DNA of 64,000 nucleotides, from the IMG/VR virus record IMGVR_UViG_3300035696_000012, positions 1-64,000 of that record; one strand, written 5' to 3'. The notes beneath the pieces are model-generated. The model saw only the letters and a list, made by a program, of their open reading frames with translations, was not told where the DNA came from and did not search any database. The translations under genes and the position numbers were made by a program. The stretch's first letter is position 1; every line of letters begins with the position of its first letter. Source of the DNA: a virus. This document shows, piece after piece, positions 37,444-47,085 of the stretch.

Positions 37444-39552
37444 ATGAATATAAATGGTATTATGGTAGCTGGTGATATTGCTGGAAGTAGCGATTCTAAC
37501 GTCGTTGTTTCTATCAGTGGATCTTCTCCGATCAATATAACTCCCAATACTTTACAATGGGCTACTAGCACCGTTTTTCCTGTTCTTAGCCAAACATCTT
37601 CAGCTACCGCTGCTGGACAAGCTCTAACTATTCAAGCACAGGGTAGCACAGGCTCTAGCACTAATGGCGGTAATTTAGTTTTATCTTCCGGAACTTCCAT
37701 CTCTGGAACTGCTGGTAATATTCAATTACAATCTGGCACTACCACCAATTTAACCTTAATTTCTACCGGATCTTTGCAATTTGGATCTACCGTTTCTTCA
37801 CCAACTATTACTCAAGCGGCAGCTTCAGCTGCCGGCGGCAATTTAAGTATTACTGCTCAATCTGCCGGTGGAACTACTAACAATGGAGGATCATTAGTTT
37901 TAACTTCTGGATCTTCTTCTACTACTGGCACTTCTGGCAACATTACCATTAATACTGCTACTCCAGGTGGATCTAATCCCGGTAATATTCTTTTCCAAAT
38001 TAGTGGCACTACTCAAGCTTTCGTTACCACTAATACCAACGGAACTGGATTAGGCATCGGATCTACTCCAGGTACATCACCAACTATTACTTCTGGATCT
38101 GGAGCACCTTCGTCAACTGAACCAAATGGCTCTGTTTATCTGAATACTAATTTATCAGCAACTGGTTCTATAGTTTATACTCGTCAGAATGGATCGTGGT
38201 TTTCCCTACCTCCAACTGGTAGCCAAATCATACCATTAACTGAAACTATTAATACCAATACTGGAACGGCTGGTACTCAATCAGTTTATACTGTAGACTC
38301 CACCAATGGTTCTGACGGAATTATTCTTCATAATCATACTGGAGCTCCTACTACATACATTATGCCAGCTCCTACAGCAGGTCGTCAAATTATTATTCGA
38401 GATATAACTGGCAATATTGAAACTACTAATCAAACGGCTGGTTTAATCACTGGCTCTGGAACTACCAGTAATGTTATTTTTATAGCACCACACACTACTG
38501 AGTCCTTCAATGGAAGTTTCGGATATTCTTTGACAGGTTCCGCTTACCATTTTACTAGCGGTTCTGCCGTGGTGACAGCCAGTAGTTCCCTGTTTACCAC
38601 TGAATTAGCCCCTGGTATGAGTATTGTACCAGTTGGTGGTACTGCAACCACAACGGCTTCTTATATTATTGCTTCTATTCAATCCTCTACTCAATTCACA
38701 CTCACTGCTAATTACACCGGTACTACCAGTACTACAAGTACCGCTAAAATGAACAGCTTAGCCTATTATGCTAATTACGGTACCCTTACATTAATTAGTA
38801 ATGGTACAAACTGGTTTGCTTCCAGCAATAAACCACTTCGTGCATATTTTACTTCCACTATTACCAATGGTGTGTTTATCCCTTCTCCCGGTTGTACTAG
38901 TGCAACTCTGATTGGGTGTGGCGGTGGAGGTGGCGGTGGAGTAGAAAGTGGTACTGAAACTGGTGCAGGCGGTGGAGGAGCATTACAATCTGTAGTAAAT
39001 GTAAGTCTTACTCCTAATCTTACTGGCGGTTACGCTGTTGCTATTGGTGCCGGTGGGAACGCAGGTTCAAGTGGTGTTGGTGCAGTTGGAGGCAACACTG
39101 CACTAGGAACTATAGCTTATTTTTACGGAGCTTCTGGTGGAGGAGCAACCGCTGGCGCCGGGTTAAGTTCTGGCGGATATCCAATTACTAATAACGGAGT
39201 TAATATTTACAGTGATGCTGTTACTGGAGCTGGCGTTGCATCTATCGCTGTATCTACCACTATTACATCAACTAATTTACCAGGTATGATTGCGATGGGA
39301 GCATCTTCTGTTCTTGGAGCTAGTACATCTGGATTTATCAATATTATGGGTAACGGATCTTATACCGGTGGTACTACTACCAATGGCGGCGGTGGTGGAG
39401 CAGGACCACAAGGCAGCGGTGGAAACGGTGCTAACGCTGGTACAGCTGGCTCAGGCGCTGCTAATACTGGAGCTGGTGGCGGTGGAACTTATGGTACTGG
39501 TACAGCAGGTGCTGGTGGCTCGGGTTATCTATATGTCATTCTTCCAATGTAA
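37444..39552 (+). CDS. Tail fibre / receptor-binding paralogue 3
   Basis: Same architecture; ends GAGGSGYLYV. Confidence 0.8.
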   Translation: MNINGIMVAGDIAGSSDSNVVVSISGSSPINITPNTLQWATSTVFPVLSQTSSATAAGQALTIQAQGSTGSSTNGGNLVLSSGTSISGTAGNIQLQSGTTTNLTLISTGSLQFGSTVSSPTITQAAASAAGGNLSITAQSAGGTTNNGGSLVLTSGSSSTTGTSGNITINTATPGGSNPGNILFQISGTTQAFVTTNTNGTGLGIGSTPGTSPTITSGSGAPSSTEPNGSVYLNTNLSATGSIVYTRQNGSWFSLPPTGSQIIPLTETINTNTGTAGTQSVYTVDSTNGSDGIILHNHTGAPTTYIMPAPTAGRQIIIRDITGNIETTNQTAGLITGSGTTSNVIFIAPHTTESFNGSFGYSLTGSAYHFTSGSAVVTASSSLFTTELAPGMSIVPVGGTATTTASYIIASIQSSTQFTLTANYTGTTSTTSTAKMNSLAYYANYGTLTLISNGTNWFASSNKPLRAYFTSTITNGVFIPSPGCTSATLIGCGGGGGGGVESGTETGAGGGGALQSVVNVSLTPNLTGGYAVAIGAGGNAGSSGVGAVGGNTALGTIAYFYGASGGGATAGAGLSSGGYPITNNGVNIYSDAVTGAGVASIAVSTTITSTNLPGMIAMGASSVLGASTSGFINIMGNGSYTGGTTTNGGGGGAGPQGSGGNGANAGTAGSGAANTGAGGGGTYGTGTAGAGGSGYLYVILPM

Positions 39553-39561
39553 GGTTCAATA

Positions 39562-41583
39562 ATGACTTTAACGATTAATTTAAATGGTGATGTGGCAGGA
39601 ACTAATAATGGTAATGTGGTTGTTGCTATTAACGGATCTTCTCCACTTCCTATTGCTCCAGCTATATTACAGTGGATTAGTTCAATTACTTCTCCAACTC
39701 TAACTCAAACATCTAATACTTTTTCTGGTGCGACCGGTCAAGCCCTTACCATTATGGCGCAAAGTACAACTGGTACAGGCACAACTATTGGCGGTAATCT
39801 TAACTTAAATTCTGGCACAGGAGCTACCGGCGGAACTATTAATGTAATTGCTGGAGCCGGAACCACGGCTGGTGGTACTTTAAATTTAGCAGCTGGTACG
39901 GCTTCCACTGCGGCTGGTACAGGTGATGTTAATATTCAAGGTGGCTCTCCTAGTTCTCTAGTTAATATAGTCACTTTCAATGCCACCGATTTTGACAATG
40001 ATGGTTTGGTGGAAACAATGGGAATTGGTTCTTCCATGACCTCTCCTCGTATTTATCAAATAACAGGTAGCGGTGCTGGCACTAACCTAACTATTCAAGC
40101 TCAAAATGCTGCTGGCAGCAACAATAATGGCGGAAGCCTTCTTCTTAAAGGAGGTACCGCTACTGGAACTGGCACTACTGGTGGTATTATTCCTTCTGTG
40201 CAGGTACGAACAAACTCTTCCAATACCACTTATACTATTGATAGTACTGGTGGTGGTAGTGATTACCATATTTTGCATAATAACTTTAGTGGTTATGTTT
40301 CCTACGTATTACCAACACCAACTGCCGGACGAGAATTATTGATCAGAGATATTACTGGGGCAATCAATACAACTGGTTACAACGTTTTCATCGTGCCTCA
40401 TGCTGCCGAAGCAATTAACACTTCTTACGGTTATTATATAGGACCCAGTAGCACTACAAATACTACTTTTAGCATTACTAAAGGAAGCACTTCTGTCACC
40501 GCCGGAGCTTCTTTAGCCGGTATTTTAACGGCTGGTATGAGTATTTTCTTCAACAGTGATCTTAAGAGCTATATTGTTTCCGCTTTCAATGGCACTACCG
40601 GAATTACTCTAGCTTCTGCCTATACTGGTACCACTAGTTCTACCGCTACTGGTACCATTAGCAGTTTGACTTTCGCTGCTAACTATGGAGTATTGCGATT
40701 AGTCAGTGATGGAACTAATTGGTATGCTAAGGGCGATGGTACTTTAACTACCGTTACTTTTACTTCTAGCGGTACTTGGATTCCTCCACAGGGAGTAACA
40801 TCTGCTACTGTCACCGGTTATGGTGGAGGAGGTGGAGGAGGCGGTGGAGCAGGCAATGCTACTAATGCTGGAGGTGGTGGTGGAGGCGGCGGTGCAATTC
40901 AATCTACCGTTACAGTTACTGTAACACCGTCCTTTGGATATGTTGTTACTATTGGTGCTGGTGGAACCGGAGCTACTGCTGTTACCAATGCTGCTGGTAA
41001 CGTTGGTGGATCAGGTGGCAATACGACATTAGGTGGTATTTTAGCCTTATTTTCTGGTGCTTCTGGTGGCGGTAGCGGCTGTACAACAGCCAACTCTACT
41101 GCTAATACCGCCGGTGGTTTATGTAACAAGACTAACTCTATCGTAGGAAATACTCAAGGAAATCTTTACTCTGTTGCCGTTAGTGCTGGCGTAGGATTAA
41201 CTAGCAACGGTGTTAACGTATTTGTTGCTACGCCTGCTGGTGGTGGTTTTTCCGGTGCATTTCTTGCTGGTTCTGCAGGTGGATATAATCTGGTTACTAA
41301 CAATAATATAGCTGACACTGTTTATGCTCCTGGTTCAGGAGGTGCAGTAGCCGGTTCTGGTACCGCAGCTGGAGGTGGTGGCGGAGGCGGACAGGGTCCT
41401 GGTGGCAACGGTGGTAATGGTGGAGCTGGAGTAGCCACTGGTACTGCTAATGCTGGTAGTTCAGCTGCAGCTAATACCGGAGCTGGTGGTGGCGGCGGAG
41501 GTGGTCTTGGAGCTACAAGCCCAGCCGCTGGTGCAGGTGGTAATGGTGGATCAGGCTGGATGCAAATTGTGTATTCTCTATAA
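39562..41583 (+). CDS. Tail fibre / receptor-binding paralogue 4 (most diverged)
   Basis: Same architecture; ends GNGGSGWMQI. Confidence 0.8.
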   Translation: MTLTINLNGDVAGTNNGNVVVAINGSSPLPIAPAILQWISSITSPTLTQTSNTFSGATGQALTIMAQSTTGTGTTIGGNLNLNSGTGATGGTINVIAGAGTTAGGTLNLAAGTASTAAGTGDVNIQGGSPSSLVNIVTFNATDFDNDGLVETMGIGSSMTSPRIYQITGSGAGTNLTIQAQNAAGSNNNGGSLLLKGGTATGTGTTGGIIPSVQVRTNSSNTTYTIDSTGGGSDYHILHNNFSGYVSYVLPTPTAGRELLIRDITGAINTTGYNVFIVPHAAEAINTSYGYYIGPSSTTNTTFSITKGSTSVTAGASLAGILTAGMSIFFNSDLKSYIVSAFNGTTGITLASAYTGTTSSTATGTISSLTFAANYGVLRLVSDGTNWYAKGDGTLTTVTFTSSGTWIPPQGVTSATVTGYGGGGGGGGGAGNATNAGGGGGGGGAIQSTVTVTVTPSFGYVVTIGAGGTGATAVTNAAGNVGGSGGNTTLGGILALFSGASGGGSGCTTANSTANTAGGLCNKTNSIVGNTQGNLYSVAVSAGVGLTSNGVNVFVATPAGGGFSGAFLAGSAGGYNLVTNNNIADTVYAPGSGGAVAGSGTAAGGGGGGGQGPGGNGGNGGAGVATGTANAGSSAAANTGAGGGGGGGLGATSPAAGAGGNGGSGWMQIVYSL

Positions 41584-41585
41584 TT

Positions 41586-42428
41586 CTATAGAGTTAACCA
41601 AGAATCACCATCCCATACAACAGTAATTCCCTCATAATTTATAGCAATTATATATTCATTAACCCCATCAATCATATTACCATTGCCACTTACAGTTATG
41701 ACATATGTTGCAGCACTTCCACGTGCATCTTTAATATCGAATGTTTGACCAACTACAGGTGTTGCAGGGAGTGATACCGTAATTGAACTACTCAATGTTC
41801 CAATCGATATAACATTATCGGTTGATTGAATTGTATAGTCATTATCAATAATTGTTATGTTTTGTATAAATCCATTGTATTTTGACAATAATGGTACATA
41901 TGCATAACCATCTTCACTTACTAAAAATTGATTTGTGTAGCCATCAAAATATATTATACCTTGACCAGGATCTGAAACATAACTTGTTGTAATTGCATTT
42001 ACAATAATTTTACCAGTTAAATCAAATAGCCCCGTCATCTCTGATGTGCTCTCTATCGGACCGGAAGTTATACCGCCAGTTGTAGATATGTTTTGATCTA
42101 TAAAATTATTACCACCATTTACCGTAGGTCCCCATGCAAATCCATTCCAAATAATGGTTTGTCCTGTTTCCGGTATTCCATAACTTATGATACTACCAGC
42201 ACCCTGCTGATTGAATAATGTGGCTTCTAATGCATCTAATCTAGCACGAACGGTATTAAATATACCTTGTGGTTTTACACCTAATGTTCGTTCTACTGCT
42301 AATATAGCATCACGAAGAATATTAACATTAACTCCCTTGACCGATGTTATATTATCGAGTACTGTAGGAAGTGTTATAGAACTATCGATTTGAGCAGGAT
42401 ATACTGTTGACACAATATTATGCAACAA
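41586..42428 (-). CDS. Virion fibre-associated protein, paralogue of 26423-27697
   Basis: See partner; true start may be a few codons in. Confidence 0.75.
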   Translation of the reverse strand: MLHNIVSTVYPAQIDSSITLPTVLDNITSVKGVNVNILRDAILAVERTLGVKPQGIFNTVRARLDALEATLFNQQGAGSIISYGIPETGQTIIWNGFAWGPTVNGGNNFIDQNISTTGGITSGPIESTSEMTGLFDLTGKIIVNAITTSYVSDPGQGIIYFDGYTNQFLVSEDGYAYVPLLSKYNGFIQNITIIDNDYTIQSTDNVISIGTLSSSITVSLPATPVVGQTFDIKDARGSAATYVITVSGNGNMIDGVNEYIIAINYEGITVVWDGDSWLTL

Positions 42429-42440
42429 TATCGATACGAG

Positions 42441-42986
42441 TTATTTAACAATAAACAAAATATTATCAATTATTCTAATACGCTCTTGCATTGAATCTGT
42501 GTTTATTTGATAGTATTTAATAGAATATATTTCTAATAATAATTTTAACATAGCATCTATACTAACAACGGCATCCCAATTTAATTGTTCTCGAACACCA
42601 TCATTTTTTAATGTTGCTTTGGATGGACGAACAAAAAATATAATTGCATCTTTTAAATCATTAATATATTGCTCAAACTCTGGTCGTTGAATTAGCTCAT
42701 TGGTTATTATTGAGTGTTGAGCCGAATAGGCAATACAATCTAATAATGATCTGTCTGCAACAAAATCAACTAATTTAGATTCTTCTAACAATTGACGATT
42801 GAATATTTCTGTCTGATATGAATTTACTACTAGTATATCCGAACGAAGCGAATCGACATTAAGTTCCTCTTGAGCTAAAACAAGTCTCGCTATTTCTGGT
42901 AAAATAGGGATGTTATATTTTTTATTAACATAACGAGTTAATGTAGTCTTTCCAACGGAATGTGCTCCAATGAAATATATTTTCAT
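42441..42986 (-). CDS. P-loop nucleotide kinase/ATPase (AAA_28/NadR-like)
   Basis: GAHSVGKTT, ADRSLLDCIAY. Confidence 0.8.
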   Translation of the reverse strand: MKIYFIGAHSVGKTTLTRYVNKKYNIPILPEIARLVLAQEELNVDSLRSDILVVNSYQTEIFNRQLLEESKLVDFVADRSLLDCIAYSAQHSIITNELIQRPEFEQYINDLKDAIIFFVRPSKATLKNDGVREQLNWDAVVSIDAMLKLLLEIYSIKYYQINTDSMQERIRIIDNILFIVK

Positions 42987-43014
42987 TACTTTAAACCTTC
43001 AATAATTTCTAATT

Positions 43015-43683
43015 TTATAGTACTACGAAATCTCTATCAATAAATAATACTAATGTATTTGGATCTTTTGCGAATCCAAGTTTTTGCACGATGTTGCCGG
43101 TACTTGATGGTGGCGTTGCGGAAAACCCACCTGGCACTACATCTAAATAATATGTTGCAGTTGTTATTAACCCAGATTGTCCGCCAAGTTCTCCATAATA
43201 TAATACTACTGCTTGGTCTATTGCTGGTTTAGATTGAACTACACCAATAACTGGCTGTGATAGTGGTTGAGTTGCGCTTGCTAAATCAACATAATCTGAC
43301 GATGTTAGGTATACAACGTCATTTATATTAACATTTGTTGAACAAGTATATGTTCCTGAAATACTTCCTGATTGTTCGAATGGATTTCCAGTTCCAGTTG
43401 TAATACCATTACGATTTAAAAATCCAGTAAATGTTGGATCGAATGACATTAAATTAACATTGCTTTGAAATACTTTAATTTGTTTTGTGCGAAGTTTGTA
43501 ATATAGCTCGCCTTTTATTAAGGATGACTTAATTTCTTCTTCTGATATACCGCGTATTTTCATCAAATCTATATATCCCATTGGGGCAACTGGATTATTA
43601 AATATACTAATCCATTTTATGGATACATTTTGTACTACAAATGTAATATCAGTGGGATTTCTTCGATAGGCAAAAATATTCAT
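43015..43683 (-). CDS. Probable virion structural protein (cement/decoration-like C-terminal domain)
   Basis: GELGG.SGL..ATYYL..PG...TPPS..GNIVQKLG.A pattern. Confidence 0.55.
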   Translation of the reverse strand: MNIFAYRRNPTDITFVVQNVSIKWISIFNNPVAPMGYIDLMKIRGISEEEIKSSLIKGELYYKLRTKQIKVFQSNVNLMSFDPTFTGFLNRNGITTGTGNPFEQSGSISGTYTCSTNVNINDVVYLTSSDYVDLASATQPLSQPVIGVVQSKPAIDQAVVLYYGELGGQSGLITTATYYLDVVPGGFSATPPSSTGNIVQKLGFAKDPNTLVLFIDRDFVVL

Positions 43684-43703
43684 ACCAATAATATATGAAA
43701 AAA

Positions 43704-43874
43704 TTAGCCTATTTGTATTAGTTGATGAAACTGATCCGTTGTTAATTCTACTGAATTAGCTATTATTTCTAATGGCTTATTATTATTTTTTGCAACAATA
43801 GTTATCATTATCTTATTCGGTGATGATGATTTAGAAACCTCTATATATGAGTGATCAGAAAATTGTATTCTCAT
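43704..43874 (-). CDS. 56-aa hypothetical protein (MRIQFSDHSYIEVSK...)
   Basis: Hand translation; ATGA overlap with map stop. Confidence 0.65.
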   Translation of the reverse strand: MRIQFSDHSYIEVSKSSSPNKIMITIVAKNNNKPLEIIANSVELTTDQFHQLIQIG

Positions 43875-44710
43875 TGAAAATATATATCTCTTTCTATTCC
43901 TTCACCTTCACGATGACTCATAATTTCAATATGGTCTGAATGAATGTATAAGCTATGTTCCCAGTGAACACCAACTTCATTGGTTATGACGCTCCACCCA
44001 TCATCCGCTGTTTTAGTAAAAAAATTATTTGATTTTAATGTTGCCTGAGGTTCTATTGCGATAGTTAATCCTGCACAAACTCTGATTCCATCGTTTGGCG
44101 ATGAACGATTAGCTACGAATGGTTGAGCATGTGGAATACCTATTCCATCCACTGTTCGCGACAACCCATGCCCACCATATTTAGTAATTACATCATATTT
44201 ATCTTTTAATGTTTTAAATATAGAATCACCAACACACCCCAATCGTTTTCCAATTTTAATGGATTTAATACCATTGTATAATGATTGCTTTGTGTCTTCT
44301 GATAGATCGGTATATTCTTTTTTTACCGATCCATAGAAACAAGTGATTGCGCTATCTGCTATGACTCCATTATATGTTGCTCCGAGATCAAAAGAAACTT
44401 TATCTCCTTCTCTCAACCTATAATCTGATGGTATGCCATGGACAAGAACTTTATTTATTGATATACACACTCCGTATGGAAATCCTTTATACCCACGAAA
44501 TGTTTGTTGACAACCATGTCTCTCTATATATTCTCCAGCCATATTATTTAGCTCGAGCATAGTCATAGTGGTTTTTTCTTTTACCGCATTTTCTAATAAT
44601 TGCAAGGCGCCGGCAACAACACGACCAGCGATGCGTTGCCGTTCTAACCAAGTATTATCTTGTAAAATTACAAAATCACTAATGTATGATTTATCTTGCA
44701 CGATCCTCAT
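43871..44710 (-). CDS. map: Methionine aminopeptidase type I
   Basis: LVHGIP, SFDLG, IADSA, GGHG, IEP, HWEH. Confidence 0.92.
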   Translation of the reverse strand: MRIVQDKSYISDFVILQDNTWLERQRIAGRVVAGALQLLENAVKEKTTMTMLELNNMAGEYIERHGCQQTFRGYKGFPYGVCISINKVLVHGIPSDYRLREGDKVSFDLGATYNGVIADSAITCFYGSVKKEYTDLSEDTKQSLYNGIKSIKIGKRLGCVGDSIFKTLKDKYDVITKYGGHGLSRTVDGIGIPHAQPFVANRSSPNDGIRVCAGLTIAIEPQATLKSNNFFTKTADDGWSVITNEVGVHWEHSLYIHSDHIEIMSHREGEGIERDIYFQ

Positions 44711-44720
44711 AATATCCTTA

Positions 44721-44969
44721 TCAGTTTCTACCTACTGAATTAAACCATGAATATGGAACTTGATCGATTTTTTCATATTCTATACCATCAGTATCTAATG
44801 CTTGTCGTGCTTTACAACGCATACATTGTATTTTTGTACCTGGTGTCGAACTAAAAGTTGATTGTCCTGTTTCCGGATCCATCCCAAAATTAGATGAACC
44901 ACCAACTTCATAACAAGTACATCCACCAACTGTCATCGATTTAACTAACGCAATAGTATTATCATACAT
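44721..44969 (-). CDS. Cys-containing hypothetical protein
   Basis: CTC..CMRC. Confidence 0.65.
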   Translation of the reverse strand: MYDNTIALVKSMTVGGCTCYEVGGSSNFGMDPETGQSTFSSTPGTKIQCMRCKARQALDTDGIEYEKIDQVPYSWFNSVGRN

Positions 44970-44971
44970 AA

Positions 44972-45337
44972 TTAAACCTGTTCGTCTGCTGGTGCTTCAA
45001 CCGAAGTCACGCCTTTTTCATCAACAACAACTTTAGCCGCTGGTTGTACTGAATCCGATGTTTTCTTTATGCCTGAAAACTTCTTCATAACGGTTTCTGT
45101 ATCTTCAGTCGATGTAGCAGTATAATGACGAGTTTCAGTCTTTACTACTGGCTCTTTACCAACCAATGATAGATCTAATTTTAGTGTTAGATTAACAATT
45201 GTTTGATCTAATGTTCTTACTATATTTTGTACATTCTTTAGATCTTCTCGCGATAGTTTTATTGTTTCATTATTTATTGACCCAGACATAAAATTACGAA
45301 CAATAATTAAATTAGCAATATCTTGTAATATTTTCAT
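44972..45337 (-). CDS. Hypothetical protein
   Basis: ORF track. Confidence 0.7.
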   Translation of the reverse strand: MKILQDIANLIIVRNFMSGSINNETIKLSREDLKNVQNIVRTLDQTIVNLTLKLDLSLVGKEPVVKTETRHYTATSTEDTETVMKKFSGIKKTSDSVQPAAKVVVDEKGVTSVEAPADEQV

Positions 45338-45339
45338 TT

Positions 45340-45600
45340 TTAGCTCTTCCTTGTTATAGCGCCATCTTCACTAAGAATATCTCCATCTGAGAGGTGATAT
45401 TTTAATGCTAACCGCAATACTAAATTATTGTAAACTAGCTCTGCTGTTTCTTTTTGAGATTCGGCAAGTTTTGCATTTGAGATAGCAGTTTCTCGTTTTG
45501 CTTTAACGAGATCTAATGCTGCTTTATCTGCATCTTCCAAACGTTCAATAACTTCGACATTTGATGGCAAGGTTGTTTGAGTTGTATTTTGATCTGACAT
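45340..45600 (-). CDS. Coiled-coil hypothetical protein
   Basis: AAGGAG RBS. Confidence 0.75.
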   Translation of the reverse strand: MSDQNTTQTTLPSNVEVIERLEDADKAALDLVKAKRETAISNAKLAESQKETAELVYNNLVLRLALKYHLSDGDILSEDGAITRKS

Positions 45601-45639
45601 ATTATTCTCCTTCGCCCAGATTTTAGGCTATATAAAACA

Positions 45640-45666
45640 ATATATCAACGATTAATTGTTTGTCAA
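45640..45666 (-). promoter_or_regulatory. sigma70-like promoter TTGACA-N16-TATATT
   Basis: Upstream of 45340-45600; same pattern at 50740-50767. Confidence 0.45.
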
Positions 45667-45685
45667 GGACTTTTATTATTTTAAT

Positions 45686-47050
45686 TTAGAGAATCTCTGA
45701 TGCTAATGTTGCAAGTGGCGAGCGTTCGCCTTTTGTTAACAACACACTACCGCACATATCATAACCTTTAAACTTTTCAATAGCATGAATTAGTGCGTTA
45801 TTAGCAGAGTCTAATTGCATATTATCTATTTGTTTTAGATCTCCCAGTAATACTATTTTACTACCTTCGCCTATACGAGTAATCATTGTTTTTAGCTCAT
45901 GCAAACTACTATTTTGAACCTCGTCAATAATAATGAATGCATTAGGTAATGAACGTCCCCTAAGGTAGGATAGAGCCTCCATCTCAATTAATCCCTTCTC
46001 CATCATTAGCGATAGATATGGATCTACACCGTCTTTATTGTTTTTATTCATTTTGGAACTAGAGTTTTTTATTAAAAAATTCAAGTTATCTCTAAACGAT
46101 GCTAAAAACGGATCTAATTTTTCTTGTTTAGATCCCGGAAGAGTACCAAGATCTTTTCCTACCGAAACGATTGGTTTCATTATTATTAATTTATCATATC
46201 GCTTTTCTTGTGATTCTAATACACTATGCAGTCCAGCGGCGAGAGATAGTAATGTTTTACCAGTACCGCTTGGACCAGCTAATGATACAAGATTAACTGT
46301 ATTATCCAACAAAAGATCTAGTGCAAAATTTTGTTCTGAACTTTTTGGAGATATTCCAAATACATTTTTATGTTTTTTAATTTCAACTATATCTTTTTTA
46401 TTAGACCTAAACCTTCCATACCCAAGTAGATCATTTTTTGATGATTTTAACACTAATATATTGTTAGCATATAGTTCATTTTTTTCTATAAAATTATCAT
46501 CAATTTCTATTGAATGATTTCCATAAAACTCATTTGTTTGTTCATCATTTATTTCAAGCTCTCTTACACTATTATATATTTCATCGGCTGATTTATATCT
46601 ATCTTTTGTATAATCTTCTGCTGATAGCCCAAGAGCTTTTGCACGTATGCGTAATGCGATATCTTTACTAATTAAAATTACTTTTTCTGTACGATTTAAT
46701 TTATTCAATTTTATCGCGCAAGATAGTATTCTATTATCACCGTATAGAAATGTTCCGAGTGATTTATCCTCTTCTGTATTATGATCTATTTTTAATAGAA
46801 TATTATTCTCTAACCTTATACCTTTTTCAAGATCTTTATTATTTGGTAATAACCCATCCAACGTTCTAATAACTGTCCTTGCATTTTTACCTGTTTCATC
46901 AAAAAACTTTTTAAGTTTATCCAATTCTTCTAAAACTGTTATTGGTATGATGACTATATTATCATTAAAGCTTTTAAAACTTAAAGGATCATACACCAAC
47001 ACTGACGTATCAAGTACATATATCTTTTTCACTATTATCTCCATTTGCAA
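45686..47050 (-). CDS. phoH: PIN-domain PhoH family ATPase
   Basis: VLDTSVL PIN start; GPSGTGKT; LRGRSL, DEVQN, GDLKQID. Confidence 0.92.
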   Translation of the reverse strand: MQMEIIVKKIYVLDTSVLVYDPLSFKSFNDNIVIIPITVLEELDKLKKFFDETGKNARTVIRTLDGLLPNNKDLEKGIRLENNILLKIDHNTEEDKSLGTFLYGDNRILSCAIKLNKLNRTEKVILISKDIALRIRAKALGLSAEDYTKDRYKSADEIYNSVRELEINDEQTNEFYGNHSIEIDDNFIEKNELYANNILVLKSSKNDLLGYGRFRSNKKDIVEIKKHKNVFGISPKSSEQNFALDLLLDNTVNLVSLAGPSGTGKTLLSLAAGLHSVLESQEKRYDKLIIMKPIVSVGKDLGTLPGSKQEKLDPFLASFRDNLNFLIKNSSSKMNKNNKDGVDPYLSLMMEKGLIEMEALSYLRGRSLPNAFIIIDEVQNSSLHELKTMITRIGEGSKIVLLGDLKQIDNMQLDSANNALIHAIEKFKGYDMCGSVLLTKGERSPLATLASEIL

Positions 47051-47085
47051 GAAATTGTTTATGTTGAACTATTTTGTATGAATTA

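Noticed and set aside
17357-41583. Many short antisense or out-of-frame ORFs inside fibre genes
   Set aside because: Shadows of Gly/Ser/Thr codon repeats within long, well-supported ORFs
33146-41583. Diversity-generating retroelement acting on fibre tips
   Set aside because: No reverse transcriptase and no TR/VR pair differing only at adenines was seen in this window
26423-42428. Site-specific invertible tail-fibre segment (Gin/Cin type)
   Set aside because: Flanking paralogues are diverged at DNA level, no exact inverted crossover sites or invertase seen, and internal genes are all full-length in one orientation
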